Shown piece after piece: positions 46,304 to 56,265 of a DNA stretch of 64,000 nucleotides; positions within the stretch are counted from its first letter, which is position 1; each line of letters begins with the position of its first letter. The stretch is from an uncultured Thiomicrospira sp. (lineage in GTDB: Bacteria; Pseudomonadota; Gammaproteobacteria; CAKMZV01). The translations under genes and the position numbers were made by a program. The notes below the pieces were generated by a model. It made no database searches and had not been told where the DNA came from. It saw nothing but the letters and a program-made list of their open reading frames with translations. Location of the stretch: contig OZ239628.1 in the NCBI GenBank assembly GCA_965195345.1, positions 135,298 through 199,297 of the forward strand, in the 5' to 3' direction.

Positions 46304-49300
46304 GTACTCTGCAGCCTTTCGTCCATCTGCGCGTTCACTCAGAATTTTCCATTGTTGACAGTACCATTCGCATAAAAGAACTTATTCAAACATGCGTAGA
46401 TAATGCTTTTCCCGCGGTCGCCCTGACCGATGAAATGAATTTATTTGCGATGGTTCGCTTCTACCGCGAAGCAATTAAAAAAGGCATAAAACCTATTATT
46501 GGAGCTGATATATGGATTAAAAAAGGCGATACCATACAAGGACGCATCACTTTGCTTGTTCAAAATATAGACGGCTTTGTCAATCTTTCCAAAATTCTCA
46601 CACAAGGGTTGTCAGAAAATCGTATAGATGGAAAGCCTTGTGTTTATGAAGAAACCGTTCTTTCGCATGCCGACTCGCTGATTGCATTAGTTGGTGGATA
46701 TCAAAATCCATGGATGAAACTTTCCACAAGTTCTCTTGCAAAACAATTATTACCTTGGCAAGCCGTCTTCAAAGACAACCTTATTCTTGAAATTCAGCGC
46801 GTTGGGCGAGTGGATGAAAATAGCTGGATAAATAACGTTCTTGCTATTTCTCATGAATTAAAAATTGCAATTGTTGCCACTAACGACGTTCGATTTATGT
46901 TTGGTACGCCTTCCGACTTTGATGCGCATCAAGCCCGTGTAGCAATAAATATGGGCGAACGACTTGGTTCTGACACGCTGGAAGAGCTCTATACAAAAGA
47001 GCAATATTTAAAATCTTCCAAACAAATGAATGCACTGTTTGCCAAAATGCCTCAAGTGTTGAGCAACACTTGGGAGCTTGCCAAACGGTGTAACCTAGTC
47101 CTTTCTCTTGATGAACCGAAGCTACCAATCTTTCCTACCGAGAATAATCAGTCTGAGTCGGATTTTTTGATCAGTGAAGCAAAAAAAGGGTTACAAAAGC
47201 GTTTTGTTGAACTCAATCTAAATGAAGATGCACAACAAACATATGAAGCGCGCCTTGAAACCGAATTAAATGTCATTATCGGCATGGATTTTCCTGGCTA
47301 TTTTTTAATCGTCGCAGATTTCATTCGTTGGTCACGTGAGCAAAACATTCCCGTTGGCCCTGGCCGTGGCTCAGGAGCGGGTTCATTGGCTGCTTACGCT
47401 TTAGGCATAACTAACATCGATCCGATTCCATACAACTTGCTATTTGAACGCTTTTTGAACCCTGAACGAGTTTCTATGCCAGACTTTGATATTGACTTTT
47501 GCATGGAACGGCGCGATGAAGTGATTGAATACGTGACGAATCGATATGGCAATAATCAAGTTGCCCAGATTATCACGTTTGGCACAATGGCAGCTAAAGC
47601 GGCTATTCGCGATACCGCTCGGATAATGTCTTTATCTCCTATGGCCGGAGATCGCATTGCTAAAATGATTCCTCCCACTCTTGGGATTACATTATCCGAA
47701 GCAATGGCAAATTCAAATGAACTTAAGCGCTCCTATGCTGAAGACGATGAAACACGCAGTGTTTTTGATCTAGCAAGCTCACTTGAAGGACTTGTTCGAA
47801 ATGCTGGAAAGCATGCTGGAGGCGTTGTTATTGCGCCCACAGAAATAACTTCATTCTCACCGCTATACATGGATGATTCAGAAGGCAGTGGCTTTGTTAC
47901 CCAATTTGATAAAAACGATGTCGAATCAATGGGTTTGGTCAAATTTGATTTCCTTGGTTTGCGAACACTAACAATCATTCAATGGACGCTGGACATAATA
48001 CACAAACAGCAATCCGCATCAGCGCCAAAAATTGTAATAGACCAGCTTCCTTTGAATGATAGTAAAACTTTCGACATCCTCAAAAAAGCGGATACCTTAG
48101 GCATATTCCAATGTGAATCGCCTGGAATACGAATGTGGATGCGAAAGATGCAACCGTCAATTTTCGAGGATATTATTGCTTTGGTTGCCTTATATCGTCC
48201 AGGTCCTTTAGGCTCTGGAATGGTTGATGACTTTATTGCACGCAGGAAAGGTGAGCAAAATCTGAACTATTTACATCCTTCTCTTGAAGAGGTTTTGAAA
48301 GAAACTTCTGGTGTTTTTTTATACCAAGAGCAGGTCATGCAATGCGCGCAAACTCTTGCTGATTACACGCTAGGCGAATCAGACTTATTACGCCGCGCAA
48401 TGGGTAAGAAAAAGCCGGAAGAAATGCAGAAGCAAGAAGAACTTTTTGTTCAACGTGCTATTGACAAGGGAACAGATGCAGCCCTTGCCAGTCAAATTTT
48501 TAATTTGATGTCAGAATTTGCTGAATACGGATTCAATAAATCGCATTCCGCAGCATACGCCATGATCACCTATCAAACGGCATGGCTAAAAGCGCACCAC
48601 TATGCTGCCTTTTACACTGCTGTGATGAACTCTGAAATAGACAACCCTGATCGAATTAGATTGTTTGCAATGGATGCAAAAAAACATGGTGTCAAAGTGA
48701 TTGCTCCGGACATTAATACAAGCCAGCCCCGCTTCACTTTAACGGAAAGTGGCAATATTTTATGGGGATTAGCCGCAATTAAAGGCTTTGGATCCGCTGC
48801 TGCTGAAGCGGTTGCAATTGCTCAAAAAGATGGTGAACCATTTAAAGATCTCTTCAGCTTCTGCAATCGTATTAAAATCAATAAAATTGGCAAAAAAGGT
48901 CTTGAGATACTTGCTTATAGCGGAGCAATGGATTGTTTTGGTGTAGATCGGGCGCAATTGATAGCAACGATTCCCTTAGCGCACAAACAAGCTGAGCAAA
49001 ACTTATACGACTTGGAAAATGGACAAAGCGCGTTATTCGGGAACACTGATTTGTGTCAGCAAACACATAAGTACGAACCCTCTCAACCAATAAACCCCAT
49101 CGAGAAACTGCACCGAGAGAAAGCCTTAACTGGTAGCTATTTGGATAAACACCCTGTAGATTTCTTCGTCAAAGACCTTGAGAATTGCCGTATTAAGTCC
49201 ATTGAACAAACGATTGGTGATTTGAAAAAAACCGAGTTTATTTGGATTGCTGGTGAAATCGAGAAAATGCAAACGCAACGAAGCAAATCTGGGGCAGACT

Positions 49301-49728
49301 TGACCGATGTACGCATAGCCGATAGCAGTGGATATATTGAAATTTCTTTGTTCTCCGATGTCTATGAAAAAGCCCGTGAAGAGCTACTGTTACAACAAGG
49401 AAAAATTATCGTAGTACAAGGCACATCTAAATTTGATGCCCGACGAGAAGAATGGCGTATTAGAGCAAAAAATATTATTAGCTTAAAACAATTAAGACAA
49501 ATGTTTTTTAAGCACATCAATTTACATTGGCAAGAAGGATTCGACGCCCATAGAGCATCTATACTAAGCCAACTGTTCAAAGACGAAGAGGGTATTAATT
49601 TGCATGTGACCTATCAATCTAAATTCATCCAAGCCACCTTTGAAAGCCCTTATAAAATGAGTTACGATGACAGTCAATGGCTTAAACTGCGCCACATTCT
49701 TGGTGACGCTATTGAGGTGATAGTTTGA
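46300..49728 (+). CDS. dnaE: DNA polymerase III subunit alpha
   Basis: FVHLRVHSEFSIVDS (PHP), GPGRGSGAGSLAAYALGIT, PDFDIDF, GKHAGGVVI, FDFLGLRTL, YGFNKSHSAAYA and a C-terminal OB fold. Confidence 0.98.
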   Translation: MSTLQPFVHLRVHSEFSIVDSTIRIKELIQTCVDNAFPAVALTDEMNLFAMVRFYREAIKKGIKPIIGADIWIKKGDTIQGRITLLVQNIDGFVNLSKILTQGLSENRIDGKPCVYEETVLSHADSLIALVGGYQNPWMKLSTSSLAKQLLPWQAVFKDNLILEIQRVGRVDENSWINNVLAISHELKIAIVATNDVRFMFGTPSDFDAHQARVAINMGERLGSDTLEELYTKEQYLKSSKQMNALFAKMPQVLSNTWELAKRCNLVLSLDEPKLPIFPTENNQSESDFLISEAKKGLQKRFVELNLNEDAQQTYEARLETELNVIIGMDFPGYFLIVADFIRWSREQNIPVGPGRGSGAGSLAAYALGITNIDPIPYNLLFERFLNPERVSMPDFDIDFCMERRDEVIEYVTNRYGNNQVAQIITFGTMAAKAAIRDTARIMSLSPMAGDRIAKMIPPTLGITLSEAMANSNELKRSYAEDDETRSVFDLASSLEGLVRNAGKHAGGVVIAPTEITSFSPLYMDDSEGSGFVTQFDKNDVESMGLVKFDFLGLRTLTIIQWTLDIIHKQQSASAPKIVIDQLPLNDSKTFDILKKADTLGIFQCESPGIRMWMRKMQPSIFEDIIALVALYRPGPLGSGMVDDFIARRKGEQNLNYLHPSLEEVLKETSGVFLYQEQVMQCAQTLADYTLGESDLLRRAMGKKKPEEMQKQEELFVQRAIDKGTDAALASQIFNLMSEFAEYGFNKSHSAAYAMITYQTAWLKAHHYAAFYTAVMNSEIDNPDRIRLFAMDAKKHGVKVIAPDINTSQPRFTLTESGNILWGLAAIKGFGSAAAEAVAIAQKDGEPFKDLFSFCNRIKINKIGKKGLEILAYSGAMDCFGVDRAQLIATIPLAHKQAEQNLYDLENGQSALFGNTDLCQQTHKYEPSQPINPIEKLHREKALTGSYLDKHPVDFFVKDLENCRIKSIEQTIGDLKKTEFIWIAGEIEKMQTQRSKSGADLTDVRIADSSGYIEISLFSDVYEKAREELLLQQGKIIVVQGTSKFDARREEWRIRAKNIISLKQLRQMFFKHINLHWQEGFDAHRASILSQLFKDEEGINLHVTYQSKFIQATFESPYKMSYDDSQWLKLRHILGDAIEVIV

Positions 49729-50783
49729 GTTTTCATCTTGAGCGCTACTTTATTAGTGCACTTGGGAAAAATTTCCTTTCATTATTGGTAATCCTTCTTG
49801 TTATAAGCGTCGCTTCAAAAGCAAACGATATTTTAAGTAGCTTCATTAGTCGAGACCTACCCATTGACTTCCTATTTTCTGTTCTATGGAGTTTCATTCC
49901 AGAAACAATTTTAGTTGTGTTTGGTCTAAGTCTTTTTATAAGCGTTATCCTCACGCTGACCACGTTGAATTCTCATTCTGAAATGCCAATTTTGTACAGT
50001 TGTGGACTGTCGAAAGGATTTTTGCTTAAATGCGTTGCTTGGTTCTGTTTGCCCTTGGTTCCCTTAATGCTCTGGGTGTCACTCGTCTACTCTCCCACGA
50101 TAAAAGTGGATGGAAAAAAGGCCTTTATTGCTTCGCAAACAAGCATTAATCTCATTCTTCAACCAAATGATCTCCAGAGCTTTGGGGCATCAATGATGTA
50201 TGCCCAAAAACAATTAGATGAACATACTATGCAAGGCTTTTATGCACGCTATCTAAACGATAAAAAGCCGCTTTTTATAAGCGCACATAAAGCGACCTCT
50301 TTTACCAAAGACGGGCTGCCTTGGTTGCGTTTAGAGAATGGGTTCCAATGGACAGATGATAACGATGAAACACTACAAGTGCTCCGCTTTGAACAATTTG
50401 AAATAGCAGTTCCAAACTTAACACCTCAACCCGATCAGTTTGAGGTGCAAGGTGTAGCCTTTGAGCCAATCGAAGAATTGTTCATCGACAATCAAAATCC
50501 TCAAAAAAGGACTGAAATTCACTGGCGATTCTCATATGTTATCAGCGCTGTCCTTATGGCATTATTTGCTGTGTTTCTTGTCCCCTTTCAACCGAGATCA
50601 TCGCGCTTTACTTATGTCGCATTAGGACTATTAATCTTTGTGATTTTTGCAACATCCCTAACAACTCTAAAGAATCTCTCATCCAAAGATATCATCCCAT
50701 CAGATGTTGCTTTTGGCGGTATCTATCTTGCACTTATTCTCTTAACTTCGTTTGCGTGGCTACGGCACGAAAAAATCATATAA
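49725..50783 (+). CDS. lptF: LPS export ABC transporter permease LptF (TTG start)
   Basis: The YjgP/YjgQ permease pattern: N-terminal TM triad, a periplasmic beta-jellyroll segment and C-terminal TM triad. It is paired with lptG. Confidence 0.8.
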   Translation: MSFHLERYFISALGKNFLSLLVILLVISVASKANDILSSFISRDLPIDFLFSVLWSFIPETILVVFGLSLFISVILTLTTLNSHSEMPILYSCGLSKGFLLKCVAWFCLPLVPLMLWVSLVYSPTIKVDGKKAFIASQTSINLILQPNDLQSFGASMMYAQKQLDEHTMQGFYARYLNDKKPLFISAHKATSFTKDGLPWLRLENGFQWTDDNDETLQVLRFEQFEIAVPNLTPQPDQFEVQGVAFEPIEELFIDNQNPQKRTEIHWRFSYVISAVLMALFAVFLVPFQPRSSRFTYVALGLLIFVIFATSLTTLKNLSSKDIIPSDVAFGGIYLALILLTSFAWLRHEKII

Positions 50784-50785
50784 GT

Positions 50786-51880
50786 ATGTTTTTTTCAATC
50801 GGCTTCAAATATATAAGCTCTATAAGCTTTAGGTTTTCTTTGCTTGTCTCTGCCGTTTTTTTTAGTCTACTGATAATCATTGGATTCGCTGCTGAAGTAA
50901 ATTCTGCAACCAACTCTTATGGATATGGGAATATATTTTTCTATACCTTGTTAAAAAGCGGACATGCTTTTTCTTTAATCTTGCCAATTATAGGTTTATT
51001 TGCATTTTTATTGACAGTCGGTCAGCTTTCTGCCAATAGTGAGTTAATTGCTTTACAGGCATGCGGACTAAGCCATACTCGGATGATGCTCTTGATCCTC
51101 ATGTCAACATTGGCGACCTTTGGCACATTACTTCTTTTTACTGAATTAGCGACACCATGGGGACATAATAAAGCAGAAACTCTAAAAGCAAACGCTTTGA
51201 ACCAATCCTTAATTGGTGGTAAAAAATTATGGCTAAAAAATAATCTCCATTTTTTATATATTGAACGCCTTCATTCTCCCGATTCGATGAGTGGTGTGCG
51301 TTATTACGAAATCGATGCTCTCCAGAGACCCATAAAGGTAACAAGTGCAAAAACGGCTGTTCGACTTACCCAAAATACTTGGCGACTTAATGATGTAGAT
51401 ATTTTGAGTTTTTCCTTTGACCGTGAAGAAGACTTGACACTCAATAAAGTTTCTTCCAGCTCAGTTGATATTAAAAACTTATTGGAAGAGCAGCGTATTC
51501 GATTCATTCATTTGCTTCCCGAACAGCTTTTTATTTGGGAGCTTTATGATCAAATAAATGCATTCACTAAAAATGGATTAAGCAATACGCATTATGAACT
51601 CAATTTTTGGAGTCGAACGCTTTCTTTTCTTTCCATGGTTGGATTTGTGCTCATCTTACTTCCCTTATTTTTAGGCTCGCCACGACACAAAGGAACTGGA
51701 GATCGTATATTGTTAGGGCTAATAATTGGTATCCCTTATTTTATTATTTTGCAACTCAGCCAATATTTTGGAATCGCTTTGCAGTGGTCTGGCTTCTGGA
51801 CTGCAATAATTTTACCGACCATCCTGCTATCCGTAGGCTTTTTCAGAATACTTTCCTTAAAATATAATATTAGAATATGA
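50786..51880 (+). CDS. lptG: LPS export ABC transporter permease LptG
   Basis: YjgP/YjgQ architecture with ELIALQACGLS and KLWLKNN...YIE. The ATG at 50786 lies 3 nt after the lptF stop. Confidence 0.82.
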   Translation: MFFSIGFKYISSISFRFSLLVSAVFFSLLIIIGFAAEVNSATNSYGYGNIFFYTLLKSGHAFSLILPIIGLFAFLLTVGQLSANSELIALQACGLSHTRMMLLILMSTLATFGTLLLFTELATPWGHNKAETLKANALNQSLIGGKKLWLKNNLHFLYIERLHSPDSMSGVRYYEIDALQRPIKVTSAKTAVRLTQNTWRLNDVDILSFSFDREEDLTLNKVSSSSVDIKNLLEEQRIRFIHLLPEQLFIWELYDQINAFTKNGLSNTHYELNFWSRTLSFLSMVGFVLILLPLFLGSPRHKGTGDRILLGLIIGIPYFIILQLSQYFGIALQWSGFWTAIILPTILLSVGFFRILSLKYNIRI

Positions 51881-51963
51881 ATCAGGTTACATTTAAGCTG
51901 AACAGCGCCAATCAAAGTTTGCTACAATGTCTTGTTACTTAATATTTTCCTTGAGGTTTTGTC

Positions 51964-52713
51964 TTGCATGCCACTGTTTTAGTTAGAGAAATTTTTCGCT
52001 TTTCGGCGTTAGCAACAATGCTCCTCTGTCTTTCTGGTTGCATTTCAGCTATGTTGGCAGGTGAAAACACGCGTGTAATTGACACAATTCCAAGTGCGAC
52101 TGCGCTCGATAAAACTGGAAAGTCTTCTGATGAAAGCGCAAGCTTATCCAGTAAGTCAGAATCTAAAGATCCGATAGTATCGCATGATATTTGTCGCGTT
52201 CTCCAAAAATACCCTAAATGGTACGCGGCGGCGGTGCTCACAGAAAAACGCTGGGGTTTGCCTGTTGACGTCCAACTGGCTATTATTCGACATGAATCAA
52301 GTTTTGATGGTAATGCCAGACCTCTTCGTAAAGTCAAAAAAGGTTTCTCATACGCTTACGAGCAAGCATCCAGTGCTTACGGTTATGCTCAAGCAAAAAC
52401 ACTCACATGGAAAGATTACAAAGATGCTACCAAGCGTAAATCTGCTCGTCGGGATCGGTTTGCTGATGCCGTTGATTTTATTGGCTGGTATAATCACCGC
52501 TCGCACCGCTCATTGGGGCTAAAAAAGCAAGATGCCTTCCGACTTTACTTGGCCTACCATGAAGGACATCGAGGCTTTGAAAAACGATCATATAGAAAAA
52601 AACCTTGGCTAATTAAAGTCGCTAAAAGGGTTGCCGAGAGCAGCAAGCGCTACAAAAAACAATTACGTTCTTGTAAGAAAAAAGTATTGAAAAAATTAGC
52701 ATCGTCCCAATAA
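51964..52713 (+). CDS. Lipoprotein with SLT-type lytic transglycosylase-like domain (TTG start)
   Basis: Lipobox LLCLSGC. The segment WGLPVDVQLAIIRHESSFDGNARP...SAYGYAQAKTLTW resembles the catalytic ES and downstream motif of SLT domains. Confidence 0.6.
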   Translation: MHATVLVREIFRFSALATMLLCLSGCISAMLAGENTRVIDTIPSATALDKTGKSSDESASLSSKSESKDPIVSHDICRVLQKYPKWYAAAVLTEKRWGLPVDVQLAIIRHESSFDGNARPLRKVKKGFSYAYEQASSAYGYAQAKTLTWKDYKDATKRKSARRDRFADAVDFIGWYNHRSHRSLGLKKQDAFRLYLAYHEGHRGFEKRSYRKKPWLIKVAKRVAESSKRYKKQLRSCKKKVLKKLASSQ

Positions 52714-52806
52714 TGTTCTAATAAATACTTTTACTATTACGACTCTTACTTGGTTTTCAGATTTTTGATCGTATATACTTACTCAACGCTAATTACTTAA
52801 TGATCC

Positions 52807-53787
52807 ATGACAAAAAATATTGAGGAACGCTTTCACCAGCTTCACGCGCAAATTGGAACTGAAATAGTTGGACAGGAAGCACTCATAGAGCGGCTGTTTA
52901 TCGCTCTTCTTTGTGGAGGACATCTGCTAGTTGAAGGTGTTCCCGGCTTAGCAAAAACAAAAGCAATTCAAAGCCTTGAGCACGGAGTTTGCGCTTCTTT
53001 TCAGCGAATACAGTTCACTCCAGACTTGCTTCCAGGGGACATTACCGGCACTGAAATATACCGCCAACAAACCAGCGAGTTTGTCTTTCAACCAGGCCCC
53101 GTGTTTAACAATCTTATCCTTGCGGATGAAATAAACCGCGCTCCAGCTAAGGTGCAATCTGCTATGCTTGAGGCAATGGCAGAAGGCCAAGTCAGTGTTG
53201 GGAAGACCACTTATAAAATGCCTTCGCTTTTTTTAGTTATGGCAACCCAAAATCCGATAGAACAGGAAGGAACATACCCTTTACCCGAAGCACAACTTGA
53301 TCGATTTATGCTCCATGTTCGAGTCAATTATCCATCAGTAGCCGAAGAAAGATATATTCTTGACTTAGTCGAAAATGAACATCTCTTAAAAGCGCAACAC
53401 AAAGAAAAAGAAAAAATGGAACATCCTCTAACCAATGAGGAGATTTTTGAAGCGCGGAGAAAAGTCTTTTCAATGTTTGTGCCAGATCCAGTTAAAAACT
53501 ATATTGTTCAACTTATTGACGCAACCCGTAACGCTGGTAATTACAGCAATGACTTAGGAAAGTGGATCGAACATGGCGCAAGCCCTCGAGCAACGATAGC
53601 TATCGCCCAAGCCGCTCGAGCACGTGCTTGGTTAAAGGGAAAAGAAGTGGTTGATCCTCAAGACGTACAAGACGTTGCTCCAGATGCCCTGCGACATAGA
53701 CTGCTATTGACTATTGAAGCTGAAGCAAATGGCGTAACCCCTGATAAAGTCATTGATATGCTTCTTGACAGTGTTCCTGCGATATAG
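52807..53787 (+). CDS. moxR: MoxR-family AAA+ ATPase
   Basis: IVGQEALIERLFIALLCGGHLLVEGVPGLAKT, FQRIQFTPDLLPGDITG, LILADEINRAPAKVQSAMLEAM and VMATQNPIEQEGTYPLPEAQLDRF. Confidence 0.93.
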   Translation: MTKNIEERFHQLHAQIGTEIVGQEALIERLFIALLCGGHLLVEGVPGLAKTKAIQSLEHGVCASFQRIQFTPDLLPGDITGTEIYRQQTSEFVFQPGPVFNNLILADEINRAPAKVQSAMLEAMAEGQVSVGKTTYKMPSLFLVMATQNPIEQEGTYPLPEAQLDRFMLHVRVNYPSVAEERYILDLVENEHLLKAQHKEKEKMEHPLTNEEIFEARRKVFSMFVPDPVKNYIVQLIDATRNAGNYSNDLGKWIEHGASPRATIAIAQAARARAWLKGKEVVDPQDVQDVAPDALRHRLLLTIEAEANGVTPDKVIDMLLDSVPAI

Positions 53788-53936
53788 TTTTTCAAAATCA
53801 TCCTCAAGTTTGTTAACCAATTACCACATATATTACTTCAACCGACTGATCAAAAAAACACTCTCAGTTCACATCAAACACCAGTGCAACAGATACTTAG
53901 ACCGAATATGTTACCTCCCAACCTTATCTGTAAAAA

Positions 53937-54830
53937 ATGATTTTTGCTGAAACCGCCCATCTCACCACCTTTCAATATGGCGCCAAAATGTGGCAACTGC
54001 AAAAGCCGCTCACCCATTCAAAACGCATTGGTCAGTCTCGTTCTCAACAAAAAGGCAGAGGAATAGAGTTTCATAACGCCCGTATATACCAACCAGGCGA
54101 TGATGTTAGATCGATCGATTGGAGGATTACTGCGCGTAAGTCAAAAACACATGCTCGTGAATTTCAGGAGGATAGAGAACATCAAATCATGTTGGTTGCT
54201 GATATGAGTCAGTCCATGAAATTTGGCTCAAAAAATAAACTGAAAAGCGTGACTGCTGCTGAAATTGCAGCGCTTCTCGGTTGGATAACTTTAGCCCAAC
54301 AAGATCGTGTAGGAGGTTGGATTCATGCTGATAAAAAAAACATTCATAAACCTGCAAGAAGACGTGCTAATTTTAGTGCATGGTTGGGTCAACTCAGCAA
54401 TGCCAGCAAAGCATTAATTGCGCAAAAAAAAACACAACCATACACATGGGAAAATACTTTAGAAAATCTTTTCCGTTTTCTAAAAGAATCCAGCATGGTG
54501 ATATTTATTGGAGATATGCTAAGTTTAAATGAGTTCAATCGCAAAACAATCATTAGCCAAAGCAAACAGCATGATATTACGTTGATACATGTTTACGACG
54601 AGCTAGAGATTAACCTTCCAAAATCAGGGTACGCTAATTTTAGCAATGGCGATATTACTCTACGCACAAGCCTCAATAAAATTCATAGCAAGGTGCAGTC
54701 TGCTTACGAGAGGGAGTTCCATCAATTAAGAGACCAATGCCTTGCAAGTAATGTCAGTTTTTTGAGTGTCTCCAATGAAGACAGCCTCGTACCATCAATG
54801 CAGCAACAAGGCTTAATTCGAAAGATCTGA
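53937..54830 (+). CDS. DUF58 protein (MoxR-associated, VWA-like)
   Basis: GRGIEFHNARIYQPGDDVRSIDWRITARKSKTHAREFQEDRE is the DUF58 signature. Confidence 0.85.
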   Translation: MIFAETAHLTTFQYGAKMWQLQKPLTHSKRIGQSRSQQKGRGIEFHNARIYQPGDDVRSIDWRITARKSKTHAREFQEDREHQIMLVADMSQSMKFGSKNKLKSVTAAEIAALLGWITLAQQDRVGGWIHADKKNIHKPARRRANFSAWLGQLSNASKALIAQKKTQPYTWENTLENLFRFLKESSMVIFIGDMLSLNEFNRKTIISQSKQHDITLIHVYDELEINLPKSGYANFSNGDITLRTSLNKIHSKVQSAYEREFHQLRDQCLASNVSFLSVSNEDSLVPSMQQQGLIRKI

Positions 54831-55277
54831 ATGGAACAGCTTCTACAACAACTCAAAGACATACACCTCCCAAATGAACCTACTTTATGGCCTCTTGCTT
54901 GGGGTTGGTGGCTTATTCTTTCAATTGTAATATGCCTTATCCTTGCATTAACTGCGTACACTATCTATAAACGTCTTAAAGTCATTCAATGGGATTGGCA
55001 GCGCTGGGAGAACGAACCCGATGAGCACAAAGGTGTACTCGCTATCGCATGGTTAAAACAAGCGGCCTTACTCCGTTTTAATCGTGAAGAGATCGCTCGA
55101 CTAAGCGGCACAGATTGGATTGATTTTTTACAAGAAAACGGCATTGAATGCAACGCCTCAATAGCCCATTGGATTAGCATCGGATATCTTGTAAACCACC
55201 CGCCCCCCGAAGAAGCAACCCTTTGGTTAAAAAGGGCTTTATTGAAAATTTCTGGTCGAGAGATTGTTTTAAGTTAG
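54831..55277 (+). CDS. DUF4381 membrane protein
   Basis: LKDIHLPNEPTLWPLAWGWWLIL followed by a single TM segment. This is the typical position between DUF58 and BatA. Confidence 0.75.
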   Translation: MEQLLQQLKDIHLPNEPTLWPLAWGWWLILSIVICLILALTAYTIYKRLKVIQWDWQRWENEPDEHKGVLAIAWLKQAALLRFNREEIARLSGTDWIDFLQENGIECNASIAHWISIGYLVNHPPPEEATLWLKRALLKISGREIVLS

Positions 55278-55278
55278 T

Positions 55279-56265
55279 ATGCAAGACCTCATCCTTGAAA
55301 TCATGCAATGGGAGTGGACTTGGCCACAAGTACTGTGGCTTATACCCCTTCCTGCGCTCATTTTACTACTGCCCAAGTCACAGAATAATAGTGGCGCATT
55401 AATTACACCGTTTTGGCATCGTTTATTAGCAGCTCAAAGCTCCTCAGTCATCCGTTCAAATATCAATTGGTTACGACTGATCTGGCTTTGGATTCTTTGG
55501 ATTATCATTCTGATGGCTCTAGCAAGACCTGTACTAATTGGTAAGCCAATTGCCTTGCCTCGAGAAGGGCGTAACCTATTGATTGCAGTGGACATCTCTG
55601 CTTCAATGCGTCAACAGGACATGCTTATTAATAATAGGCGCGTTGACAGACTAAGCGCTGTGAAGGAAGTTCTCAAGACATTTCTTGAGCGGCGTCAAGG
55701 CGATAAAATAGGCTTAATTCTGTTTGGCACTCAAGCCTTTGTTCAAGCACCCTTAACATTTGACATTAAAACTTTGCAGCAATTCCTTGACGAAACCATT
55801 ATCGGGCTTGCGGGGGATAAAACCGCTATTGGTGACGCTATAGGACTCGCGATTAAGCAATCCGAGAACGACACCGAAGATAGGGTACTTATTCTTTTAA
55901 CCGACGGGGAAAACTCCGCTGGTAACGTAAGCCCTGAGGAAGCGGCAAAGTATGCTGGTGAAAAGAAGCTAAAAATACATACCGTTGCCTTTGGAAAGGA
56001 TCGCTTTGGTCGCAACTTCAAACCACAATCACTTATTAATATTGCTAATGTCACAGGAGGAAAGTCTTTCCAAGCAAGCAGAACCAAAGATTTGAAAAAA
56101 ATCTATGATACTATTGATGAACTTGAACCTATAGAGGGTGAGCAAGCGTTCTTTCGCCTTCGTAGCGAACAATATTTTAAAGTCCTAATGCTTGCGCTTT
56201 TTTGGGTTGCTGTTACGCTAACAGCTCTTGGAATCCGCAAAATTTGGAGCAAAAAAGATGCCTGA
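55279..56265 (+). CDS. batA: VWA-domain membrane protein BatA
   Basis: N-terminal TMs, the VWA MIDAS motif AVDISASM, LLTDGENSAG and a C-terminal TM. Confidence 0.85.
   Translation: MQDLILEIMQWEWTWPQVLWLIPLPALILLLPKSQNNSGALITPFWHRLLAAQSSSVIRSNINWLRLIWLWILWIIILMALARPVLIGKPIALPREGRNLLIAVDISASMRQQDMLINNRRVDRLSAVKEVLKTFLERRQGDKIGLILFGTQAFVQAPLTFDIKTLQQFLDETIIGLAGDKTAIGDAIGLAIKQSENDTEDRVLILLTDGENSAGNVSPEEAAKYAGEKKLKIHTVAFGKDRFGRNFKPQSLINIANVTGGKSFQASRTKDLKKIYDTIDELEPIEGEQAFFRLRSEQYFKVLMLALFWVAVTLTALGIRKIWSKKDA

Noticed and set aside
51939-52337. 132-aa minus-strand ORF
   Set aside because: It is antisense to the lipoprotein/SLT-like gene, which has a lipobox and catalytic-motif support. No features support the antisense ORF.
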